A DNA stretch of 64,000 nucleotides. Source: an uncultured Caldilineaceae bacterium (GTDB lineage Bacteria; Chloroflexota; Anaerolineae; 4572-78; J111). A model generated the notes under the pieces. That model was not told the origin of the DNA. It saw nothing but the letters and a program-made list of their open reading frames with translations, and did not search any database. The stretch spans positions 77,875 to 141,874 of the forward strand of contig CAYNLK010000005.1 in assembly GCA_964398055.1 (NCBI GenBank). The letters are read 5' to 3'. The stretch's first letter is position 1; every line of letters begins with the position of its first letter. A program made the translations under genes and the position numbers. Shown piece by piece: positions 37,101-44,490 of this stretch.

Positions 37101-38241
37101 GTAAATAGGGGTCGCCGCTGCCGGTATGGGCGCTGCAATTACCGACCGCGACCACCAGTTCGGCGAAACCAGCCTGGGCCTGCCGGGCAAACTCGTGGAC
37201 CAGGGCGGTTTTGCCGCAGCCGGCTTCGCCGGTCACCAGCACGACCTGGCCCTGCCCGGACACGACTGACTCCAGAAAACGGGTCAACCGGGCCAGTTCG
37301 GTCGCACGTCCCACAAAAGGAATATCGTGATCAGCCGGTGGGACTGCCGACGATATAAGAAAAGGAGGCAGAGAGGCAGGGGCGCCGGGAAGCAAGGGAG
37401 CAGGGGGGATAAGGTTGGTTACACCCCTCTGCCCCCCAGCCCCCCTGCTCCTCTGCTCCTCCACCCCTCTGCTCCCCCCGCCAGTGCGAATCCGTTCATA
37501 CAGCGCCGCCGTCTCGGCCGAGGGCGCGACTCCCAACTCCTCGGCCAGAATCCGTTCACACTCCTGGTATTGGCGCAGCGCGGCCGCCCGTTGGCCGGTG
37601 GAGGCGTAGAGTTGCATCAGCCAACGGTGGGCCGGCTCGTGCAGGGGATCGAGCTGCTGCCAGCGGCGGGCATAAGCAAGGGCAGCATGGTAGTCGGCCC
37701 GCGCTGCCAGGCCGGTCACCAGGCGCTCCAGGGCGCCGGCCAGGTCGCGGCGCAGTTTCTCAGCCTCAAAAAAGTGCCACTCATCAAACTCGGGGCTATC
37801 CGGCAAGGTGAAGCCGGCCAGCAAATCAGCCCGGTATAGCGCCGCCGCCTCGGTGAGGGCGGTCAAACAGTCGGCGCAAAGTTCATTGGCCGGGTGGTCG
37901 TGAGCCTGGCCCGCCGCCCGCAGAGTTTGAAATTGTTCAACATCAAGCCACAGGTCGGGGCCGCGTTTAAGCTCGACCGTCTCCCGGTCGGCGGCCAGCC
38001 AATCGCCGGCCAGGGCAATATTGAGGACCGAGAGAGTCCGGCGCAGCGCCGCCCGGGCCCGGGACTGGTCAAGTTCCGGCCAGAACAAGGTCGCCAGGGC
38101 ATCCCGATGGTGGGGTCGAGCGGTTACAGCCAGATAAGCCAGCAAGGCGACGGCTTTGCGGCGATCTAACTCAACCGCCCCGCCCTCCAGCTCAAGCTGG
38201 GGTGTCCCCAGCAAGAATAAACGCAAGCGAGACATCAGCAA
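34171..38241 (-). CDS. Giant cytoplasmic regulator: SARP-type wHTH + BTAD, P-loop STAND ATPase (AAA_16), TPR, C-terminal family-5 solute-binding (OppA/DppA-like) domain
   Basis: The N-terminus LFLLGTPQLELEGGAVELDRRKAVALLAYL plus BTAD (LDPLHEPAHRWLMQLYASTGQRAAALRQYQ). Walker A is VTGEAGCGKTAL, followed by TPR helices. The SBP_bac_5 region is LDPIMASDGISARIIDQLFSGLL...YWSDGVPVTAFDF. There is no signal peptide. Confidence 0.8.
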   Translation of the reverse strand: MLMSRLRLFLLGTPQLELEGGAVELDRRKAVALLAYLAVTARPHHRDALATLFWPELDQSRARAALRRTLSVLNIALAGDWLAADRETVELKRGPDLWLDVEQFQTLRAAGQAHDHPANELCADCLTALTEAAALYRADLLAGFTLPDSPEFDEWHFFEAEKLRRDLAGALERLVTGLAARADYHAALAYARRWQQLDPLHEPAHRWLMQLYASTGQRAAALRQYQECERILAEELGVAPSAETAALYERIRTGGGSRGVEEQRSRGAGGQRGVTNLIPPAPLLPGAPASLPPFLISSAVPPADHDIPFVGRATELARLTRFLESVVSGQGQVVLVTGEAGCGKTALVHEFARQAQAGFAELVVAVGNCSAHTGSGDPYLPFREILNLLAGELETRWRRGLLTQVNAARLWALFPQVAQALVEFGPDLIGTFVPTAPLQVQATKLPPDQRYWLNRLDRPEVDEVTKVAQSDLFEQFSKVLQAVTQTAPLLLVIDDAQWADLASINLLFHFGRQLQASRILLLVTYRPDEVALGRPAGEPGQRERHPLEPVVNELKRTYGNVQIDLSQTPDRDFVEALLDTQPNQLGPEFRAALFKQTQGHPLFTVELLRAMRERGDIIQNEQGDWLAGPALNWAALPARVEAVIEERLGRLDEELRELLTVASVEGEQFTAQVVAQVQAVSERQLLRALSQTLVRRHQLVREEGEVQVNGHFLARFAFSHTLFQQYLYHNLSAGERRLLHRQVAVALEELYAPQVEAVTVQLARHYAQAGQVDKAIDYLLQAGDQARSLYAHQEAADFYQQALAFLKQQGAYDRAARTLMKLGLTYHLGFDFEQARQAYAEGFALWQRAGASRPADLSPALHALRLVGGEPATLDPIMASDGISARIIDQLFSGLLEQSPEMEVIPNIAHRWEVLAAGRQYIFHLRDDMYWSDGVPVTAFDFEYSWKRALQPAIGSPVATALYDIKNARAFHRGELTDPGQVGVQALDPVTLVVELEGPTSYFLQLLTHNATYPLPRHVVEMYGHAWTDPAHLVTNGPFKLESWQPGQVITLARNFDYRGAATGNVARVELRFLAERSAEITKYDADEIDISALWFLTGPEIERVRQRHADDYLAGPMLNTHYIGFNLSRPPFNDRRVRRAFAMAIDKETLAHMVLGGYAFPASGGFVPVGMPGHSPGIGLPYDPDQARLLLAEAGYPGGRQFPALEWLSIPGTDRVMEYLQAQWAENLGVKLTSRAVPEKLFFDKLRQAPAQLFRIGWKADYPDPDNFLRASTFRQETRWSNETYDRLVEQARRLTNQAERMALYRQADRILVEEAVIIPYLYLQRHQLIKPWVSRYPTSPLKASFWKDVVIEPH
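37363..37475. repeat. Imperfect GC-rich palindromic insert inside the regulator's inter-domain linker
   Basis: G-rich arm GGAGGCAGAGAGGCAGGGG...GGGAGCAGGGGGG and C-rich arm CACCCCTCTGCCCCCCAGCCCCCTGCTCCTCTGCTCCTCC around AAGGTTGGTTA. It translates as GGGSRGVEEQRSRGAGGQRGVTNLIPPAPLLPGAPASLPP. Confidence 0.55.
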
Positions 38242-38409
38242 TCACCCTTTCATAACCCATGATTTTACCGGAAATGGCGGCATTTAGCAATCAATTTTGG
38301 CCGAGACGCTGGCGGGGACGCTTTTGGGGTCGTTTGTGGGACGGCAAACGGTTATACTGAAGCTAACAAAATTCAAACAGATGACGTGACCGAATTGAAG
38401 GAGGTAACT

Positions 38410-38628
38410 ATGATTGGTTGGGGAGATGTCGCCGTGACAATGGAACAGCACCGGGACCGGCTGCGCCGGGCGGAGAAGAGCCGCCTGATCGAGCAGGTCA
38501 GCCAAAATCAGGCCCACCCCGGCTGGTGGCAGAATGTTCGAAACAGGTTTTCGACCTCGACCGAGCCGGCTGTGAGCGGAGATCAGACCAGGCTCAACCA
38601 CGGTCAACTGGCCGACAAATCGGCCTGA
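38410..38628 (+). CDS. Hypothetical small protein
   Basis: Strong RBS GAAGGAGG 7 nt before the ATG at 38410, and a terminator hairpin follows. No recognisable domain. Confidence 0.4.
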   Translation: MIGWGDVAVTMEQHRDRLRRAEKSRLIEQVSQNQAHPGWWQNVRNRFSTSTEPAVSGDQTRLNHGQLADKSA

Positions 38629-38668
38629 GCAAAGTTTTGTCCCGATTTTAAGAACTGCAAACAACCAG

Positions 38669-38692
38669 AGCCTCGCTGTAGCGGGGCTTTTT
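38669..38692 (+). terminator. Intrinsic terminator candidate
   Basis: AGCCTCGC-TGTA-GCGGGGCT followed by TTTTT. Confidence 0.5.
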
Positions 38693-38713
38693 GGTTGGCT
38701 TAAACAGGCGCCT

Positions 38714-38752
38714 AAGTGACCGGCACTTTTCAGTGCCGGTCACTTATTTTTT
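38714..38752 (+). repeat. REP-like perfect palindrome (AAGTGACCGGCACT family), also a terminator-like hairpin
   Basis: AAGTGACCGGCACT-TTTC-AGTGCCGGTCACTT + ATTTTTT. The same 15-nt arm recurs at 55073..55109. Confidence 0.75.
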
Positions 38753-38770
38753 ACTGGTTATTTACTCCTG

Positions 38771-38799
38771 TTGCCAGCACCAAACAGGCGTGTTACAAT
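38771..38799 (+). promoter_or_regulatory. Sigma-70-type promoter candidate
   Basis: TTGCCA-N17-TACAAT. Confidence 0.5.
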
Positions 38800-38857
38800 A
38801 AAATCGCAGCTTCAATAGAATGACTTTGCGTTTTTCAACTTCAACCAGGAGAGCGAG

Positions 38858-39064
38858 ATGAAATCCTGTTTGTTCCGGCTGGTTACATTACCGTTTCGAC
38901 TTATCGCTTTCTTACTGAGTCTGGCCGGTCGATTGGCCTTGCTGCTGGTGGGTCTGGCTTTGATCGCCGTGGGGGTCATCGTCACTTTTACGGTGATTGG
39001 GGCATGCGTGGGCATTCCCCTTATGGTGCTGGGAGTCTTCCTGGTGATCCGCGGCCTGTTCTGA
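38858..39064 (+). CDS. Small two-TM membrane protein
   Basis: AGGAGA RBS. The 68 aa are almost entirely hydrophobic (LALLLVGLALIAVGVIV..., GIPLMVLGVFLVI). Confidence 0.5.
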   Translation: MKSCLFRLVTLPFRLIAFLLSLAGRLALLLVGLALIAVGVIVTFTVIGACVGIPLMVLGVFLVIRGLF

Positions 39065-39105
39065 GTTGGTCCGGATAGCGCCAATTGGCGTGAGCGAGGT
39101 AACAG

Positions 39106-39843
39106 ATGGATTTGATCGGGAAGGCGGCGCTGGTGACCGGCGGGGCTAAACGGGTTGGCCGGGCCGTGGCACTGGCGTTGGCCCAACAGGGTTGTCACGT
39201 GGTCATCCACTACGGTCATTCGGCGGCGGAGGCCAGCCAAACGGCCGCCCAAATTACGGCGCAAGGTGGGCAGGCCTGGGCGATTGCCGCCGACCTGGGG
39301 GATGAAGCCGCGGTGATTAAACTGGTGCCGCTGGCCCTGGAGCAGGCCGGCCGGCTCGACATTCTGGTCAACAACGCCGCCATCTTCCTGGCGGAGGATT
39401 TTCTTAGCGCCAACTCGACCAGTTGGGACCGGGCAATGATGGTCAATCTCAAAGCGCCTTTTCTGCTGAGCCAGGCGTTCGCCCTGACCCTACCTGCGGG
39501 TCGGCCCGGCAAAATCATCAATCTGCTGGACACGTTGGCGCTGCGGCCCCAAAACCACCATTTCTCATACACCATCAGCAAATTTGGGCTGGCCGGCTTA
39601 ACCCAGGCCATGGCCGTGGCGCTGGCCGAGCGGAATATTCAGGTCAACGGCCTGGCTTTGGGACCAATCCTGCCGGCGGTCGATGATGATCCGGCCCTGT
39701 TTGACCGCTTGGCCCGGCGCATTCCCGCCCGCCGCCACGGCTCGTTGGCCGATGTGGTCGAGGCGGTGCTGTTCTTGCTGCAAGGGGGCGATTACATCAC
39801 CGGCGAAATTCTGCGCCTGGATGGCGGCCGGCATCTGGCCTGA
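39106..39843 (+). CDS. Short-chain dehydrogenase/reductase (SDR), pteridine-reductase-like
   Basis: TGGAKRVG cofactor motif, NNAA, and the catalytic YxxxK (YTISKFG). Confidence 0.85.
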   Translation: MDLIGKAALVTGGAKRVGRAVALALAQQGCHVVIHYGHSAAEASQTAAQITAQGGQAWAIAADLGDEAAVIKLVPLALEQAGRLDILVNNAAIFLAEDFLSANSTSWDRAMMVNLKAPFLLSQAFALTLPAGRPGKIINLLDTLALRPQNHHFSYTISKFGLAGLTQAMAVALAERNIQVNGLALGPILPAVDDDPALFDRLARRIPARRHGSLADVVEAVLFLLQGGDYITGEILRLDGGRHLA

Positions 39844-39871
39844 GCCAAATTGGCCCCGGAGAGAAGATTAA

Positions 39872-40291
39872 ATGATCCCGGATGACACAGAACTTGTGCC
39901 GGAGGAATCAACCGGCTATCGCCCCGGCCCCTTAGCGGTGCTGATCACTTTATTGGTGGTGTTGGCGATGCTGATCACCCTGCTCTGGCCGCTCTTCTAT
40001 ACCGGCTCGGGCCGCCGCCCCACGCCAACGCCGATACCCACCTTTTTGCTGGAGGCGCACGCCCTCCAGGTAATACCTCCGCTCAAAGTGAGCGTAAAAT
40101 CAAAAGAGCCTCTCATCGTAATGAAAGGCTCAATCGGATGCAAGGGGTCTCTTTTGTTAAATTTTGTGGGCGGCGGGTTCTCTCTGGAACCCTCAGCACA
40201 ACCCAATTCCATCTTTTATGTTGTTGGCCCCGCTCCGTCTATGAATATTATACCACAATTCGCGCTGGAAATAAAGGTCGCCTGTGCCTGA
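39872..40291 (+). CDS. Hypothetical single-TM protein
   Basis: RBS GGAGAGAAG and a TM helix LAVLITLLVVLAMLITLLW. The 3' half has lower GC. It overlaps the next gene by 8 nt. Confidence 0.45.
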   Translation: MIPDDTELVPEESTGYRPGPLAVLITLLVVLAMLITLLWPLFYTGSGRRPTPTPIPTFLLEAHALQVIPPLKVSVKSKEPLIVMKGSIGCKGSLLLNFVGGGFSLEPSAQPNSIFYVVGPAPSMNIIPQFALEIKVACA

Positions 40292-43200
40292 TCTAATCGA
40301 AACGCTCGCCAGCTACACCCCCGCCTTAATAACCCGGCGTTTGGCTGTTGACCCGACGCCTATTACGGCCCCCGCGTCGGAACGTTTTCCGGCGGCGGTG
40401 CTGTTTGCCGATATTTCCGGCTTTACCGCCCTGACGGAACGGCTGGCCCAGCGCGGCCCGGCCGGCGCGGAGGAGTTGACCCAGCTCCTGAACACCTATT
40501 TTGACCAACTGATTCAGCTCATCACCGGCTACGGCGGCGATATCGTCAAGTTTGCCGGCGACGCCTTGATTGCCCTTTGGCCGGCGACGAGACAAACTGA
40601 ACTGCCGGCTAAGGCGCAGTTAGCCCTGGCCGTCCACCGGGCCGCCCGCTGTAGCCTGCTAACCCAGCAACGGCTCAACGGTTACGAAGTTGCGCCCGGC
40701 ATTCAACTCTCTCTCAAATTGGCCCTGGGCGCCGGCGAGATTTTAACCATGCACCTGGGCGGCGAGTACGGCCGGTGGGAGTTTCTGGTGACCGGCGATC
40801 CGCTCATTCAGGTTGGCCGGGCCGGGCAACGGATCGGCCCGGGGGAAGTCATTCTCTCTTCGGAAGCCTGGGCGCTGGTCGAAAAGGTTGCCGTCGGCGC
40901 GCCGCTCCTGGCGCCCCGGTCGACCCACGCCACCGCCGCAAACCCTACTTCTGAAGAACGAGCTGATATTTTGCTGAAAGACATTCCCGAGACGCTGCCG
41001 GTTGCCCCCGCCGATGGCCCGCCACTCGATAAACCCAGGCTACCCCCGCAGGCCGAAGCCGGCCTGAAGGCTTACATTCCCGGGGCCATTCTGGCTCGCC
41101 TGGCAGCCCGCCAAACCGGCTGGCTGGCCGAACTGCGCCGGGTAACCATTCTCTTTGTCAACCTGCCTGATCTAACCTACACCATGCCTCTGGAACAGGC
41201 CCAAACGGTGATGCGCACCTTGCAGCAGGCCCTTTACCGCTACGAAGGCAGCATCAACAAACTCAGCGTCGACGAGAAGGGGGTGATGCTGATTGCGGCC
41301 CTGGGCCTGCCCCCCCTGGCCCACGAAGACGACGCTACCCGAGGCGTGCTGGCGGCCCAGGCCATGCAGACCAAATTACTGGAGCTGGGACTGCGCAGCG
41401 CCATTGGCGTCACCACGGGGCGGGCTTTCTGCGGCACTGTTGGCAATGCGCAGCGCCGCGAATACACCATGATCGGCGATGTGGTCAACCTGGCGGCCCG
41501 GCTGATGCAGGCCGCCCCCGCCGACATCCTGTGCGATGCAGCCACCTTTCAGGCGGCCCGGAACACGATGGAGTTTGAACCGCTCCCGGCGATCACAGTC
41601 AAAGGTAAGAGTGAGCCGGTCGCGGTCTATCGACCGCTGGGGCAAAAAGAGTCGGCCCACCGCCACCAAACGATCATGGTCGATCGCCAGGCGGAGCGAA
41701 CCACGCTGGTAGATCGTCTGCAAACCTTGCTCCGAGGTCGCGGCAGCGTGGTCATCATCGAGGGCGAAACCGGCATCGGCAAATCCAGTCTGGTGGCCGA
41801 TTTGCTGGCCCAGGCCGACGTTTTGGACGTTACCAGCCTGATCGGCGGCGGCGACGCCATCGACAAATCAACCCCCTACCACGCCTGGCGACCCGTCTTT
41901 AAACAGTTGTTCAAGCTGGATTCTTTGCCCGACGACCCAGCCCGGCAGCGGGCCTACGTTCTGGCTCAACTGGCCCCGGCCTGGCGCACGCTGGCCCCGC
42001 TCCTCCAGCCGGTTCTACCGCTGGATTGGCCCGACAACGACATCACCAAACAAATGACCGGCAAGATCAGGGCTGATAACACTCACCAATTGTTGGTCAA
42101 CTTGCTGCAACAAGCGGTGCAAGGCGATGGTTCGGCTGCCCGCCCCTATCTCCTGGTGCTGGAAGATACCCACTGGCTTGACTCGGCCTCGTGGACTTTA
42201 ACCCTGCTGGTAGCCCAACAGGTTGCACCCTTGTTGCTGGTCGTTGTCACCAGGCCGCTGGCCGAACCCCGCCCGGCTGAATACAAAGAATTGCAGCAAA
42301 GCCCAACATGCACCTTACTTTCCTTGAACAATCTGTCCCTGCCCGATACAACCGCTCTGGTCAGCCACCGGCTGCAGGTCGACACGCTGCCGGAGTCGCT
42401 GGCCGAACTGATTTACGCCAAAGCCGGGGGGAATCCCTTCTTTTGCGAAGAGTTGGCCCTGGCCCTGCGAGATACCGGTTTTATCACTGTCGCCGATGGT
42501 CAATGCCGGCTCACGGTTAAATCCAGCAGCCTGCAAGATTTGCACCTGCCCGATACCGTGGAAGGAGTCATCACCAGCCGGATCGACCGCCTGACCCCGG
42601 CCCAACAGTTGACCCTGAAGGTAGCCAGCGTGATCGGACGAGCCTTTGAGTACGCCCTGCTGCACGATGTTCACCCCATCGAGGCCGACCGTACCTTTTT
42701 GGCCGATTATCTCGATACGCTCGACCGGCTGGATATTACCGAGCTAGAGTCGCCCGAACCGGACCTGGCTTACATTTTCAAGCAACTGACCACCCAGGAA
42801 GTGGCCTACAATATGCTGCTGTTCGCTCAGCGGCGGGCGCTCCATCAGGCCGTGGCTGAATGGTACGAACGCACGTACGCTGACGATCTATCACCTTTTT
42901 ACTCCATACTGGCTTATCACTGGCAGGCAGCCAACGCCATTCCCAAAGCTATTGACTACCTAGAAAAAGCCGGCCAGCAGGCTTTGCACAACTACGCCAA
43001 TGCCGAAGCGGTGGAGTTTTTCAGCCGGGCGCTGGCCCTGACCGAACCAGGCCCGGCCGAGGTAGACGGGGAGCAGGCTGCGGTTGAGGCGGCCTCGCTG
43101 CGTTTGCGACGGGCCGGTTGGGAAACAAACCTGGGCCAGGCTTACGTTAACTGGGCCAAGCTCAGCGAAGGCCGCGCCCACCTGGAACGGGGCCTGGCGC

Positions 43201-44489
43201 TGCTGGGTTACCCCTTGCCTCAAAGCCGAGCCGGCCTGCTGAGCGGCCTGGCCGGCCAGGTCTGGCGGCAAACCGTGAACCGCTTCTGGCCCGCCCGTGC
43301 CCTGGGGCGGGGCGCGGCCAGCCGGCCTGTTTTGCTGCAAGCCGCCCGGGCTTACGAAGGTCTGACCGCGGTCTACTACTTTGCCAATGAGTCGCTGCTG
43401 ACCCTGTACGCGGCCTTTCGCTCCCTGTCTCTGGCCGAAGCAGCCGGGCCGTCGCCCGAACTGGCTCGAGGCTATGCCTCCGTTGGGGTAATCATCAGCT
43501 TTGTGCCGCTGCATCGCCTGGCCAATCTGTACTGCCGGCGGGCTTTGGAGATGGCCGGCCAGATCGATGATTTGCCGGCGCGGGCCTGGGTCTTCCTGCT
43601 GGCGGGAGTCTATTATGCCGGCGTGGGCCGCTGGGCCGAGGCGGAGACCCTCCTCACCCAAGTCAAGGAAATTTCTGAACGGTTGGGCGACCATAGCCGC
43701 TGGAGCGACGCCGTAGGTAACCTGGGCATGGTCCATTATTTTGAAGGTCACTTTCAACAGAGCGCCGAACTGTATGACCAACTGCTGGTTTCGTCAGAGC
43801 GGCGGAGCGATGCGCACAATCGGGCCTGGGCGCTGCGGGGGCAGGCTTACTGTTTGTTGCCGTGCGGTGAATTTGCCGGAGCGCTAGATCGTCTCCAAAC
43901 CATTCAAACCATCCTCAGCCAGAATCCCGACATTGTGGACGAAGCCTTGCACATCGACGTGTACGGCCTGCTGGCGCTGACCCGCGCCCGCCGCCACGAA
44001 CCGGACCAGGCGCTGGCTGCGGCCAACCAGGCGGTCAGCCTGATCGCCAAAACATCGCCGACCTCGTACCTGTCGCTGCCTGGCTATGGCGGCGTGGTAG
44101 AAACTTATCTGGGTCTCTGGGAACATCACCTGGCGACCGGTGCGCCTCTTCCTCAAAATCTGAAAGCCAATATTCGACAGGCCTGCCGGGCTTTGGGCAG
44201 TTATGCCAGGGTATTCCCGATTGGCCGGCCGCGGGCCTATCTCTGTCGCGGCTCATTCGAATGGCTGTCCGGGCGACCCTATCTGGCCCGCCAACTTTGG
44301 TCCCGGAGCCTGAGCGCGGCCCAGCGGCTGGGGATGCCCTATTCGCAAGGCCGGGCGCTTTACGAACTGGGCCGCCATCTGCCGCCCACCGACCCGGCCC
44401 GCCTGGCCCACTTGAACCGCGCCGGCGAAATTTTCAACCAACTTCAGGCTACTTACGAATTACAGCGAGTGCAGGAAATCTTGAGCTGA
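40284..44489 (+). CDS. Tandem class III nucleotidyl cyclase (CHD x2) - P-loop STAND ATPase (AAA_16) - TPR protein
   Basis: CHD1 is AAVLFADISGFTALTERL...KFAGDALIA. CHD2 is VTILFVNLPDLTY...GTVGNAQRREYTMIGDVVNLAARL. Walker A is IEGETGIGKSSL, and the C-terminal region is helical and TPR-like. The start is GTG. Confidence 0.85.
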   Translation: MPDLIETLASYTPALITRRLAVDPTPITAPASERFPAAVLFADISGFTALTERLAQRGPAGAEELTQLLNTYFDQLIQLITGYGGDIVKFAGDALIALWPATRQTELPAKAQLALAVHRAARCSLLTQQRLNGYEVAPGIQLSLKLALGAGEILTMHLGGEYGRWEFLVTGDPLIQVGRAGQRIGPGEVILSSEAWALVEKVAVGAPLLAPRSTHATAANPTSEERADILLKDIPETLPVAPADGPPLDKPRLPPQAEAGLKAYIPGAILARLAARQTGWLAELRRVTILFVNLPDLTYTMPLEQAQTVMRTLQQALYRYEGSINKLSVDEKGVMLIAALGLPPLAHEDDATRGVLAAQAMQTKLLELGLRSAIGVTTGRAFCGTVGNAQRREYTMIGDVVNLAARLMQAAPADILCDAATFQAARNTMEFEPLPAITVKGKSEPVAVYRPLGQKESAHRHQTIMVDRQAERTTLVDRLQTLLRGRGSVVIIEGETGIGKSSLVADLLAQADVLDVTSLIGGGDAIDKSTPYHAWRPVFKQLFKLDSLPDDPARQRAYVLAQLAPAWRTLAPLLQPVLPLDWPDNDITKQMTGKIRADNTHQLLVNLLQQAVQGDGSAARPYLLVLEDTHWLDSASWTLTLLVAQQVAPLLLVVVTRPLAEPRPAEYKELQQSPTCTLLSLNNLSLPDTTALVSHRLQVDTLPESLAELIYAKAGGNPFFCEELALALRDTGFITVADGQCRLTVKSSSLQDLHLPDTVEGVITSRIDRLTPAQQLTLKVASVIGRAFEYALLHDVHPIEADRTFLADYLDTLDRLDITELESPEPDLAYIFKQLTTQEVAYNMLLFAQRRALHQAVAEWYERTYADDLSPFYSILAYHWQAANAIPKAIDYLEKAGQQALHNYANAEAVEFFSRALALTEPGPAEVDGEQAAVEAASLRLRRAGWETNLGQAYVNWAKLSEGRAHLERGLALLGYPLPQSRAGLLSGLAGQVWRQTVNRFWPARALGRGAASRPVLLQAARAYEGLTAVYYFANESLLTLYAAFRSLSLAEAAGPSPELARGYASVGVIISFVPLHRLANLYCRRALEMAGQIDDLPARAWVFLLAGVYYAGVGRWAEAETLLTQVKEISERLGDHSRWSDAVGNLGMVHYFEGHFQQSAELYDQLLVSSERRSDAHNRAWALRGQAYCLLPCGEFAGALDRLQTIQTILSQNPDIVDEALHIDVYGLLALTRARRHEPDQALAAANQAVSLIAKTSPTSYLSLPGYGGVVETYLGLWEHHLATGAPLPQNLKANIRQACRALGSYARVFPIGRPRAYLCRGSFEWLSGRPYLARQLWSRSLSAAQRLGMPYSQGRALYELGRHLPPTDPARLAHLNRAGEIFNQLQATYELQRVQEILS

Positions 44490-44490
44490 G

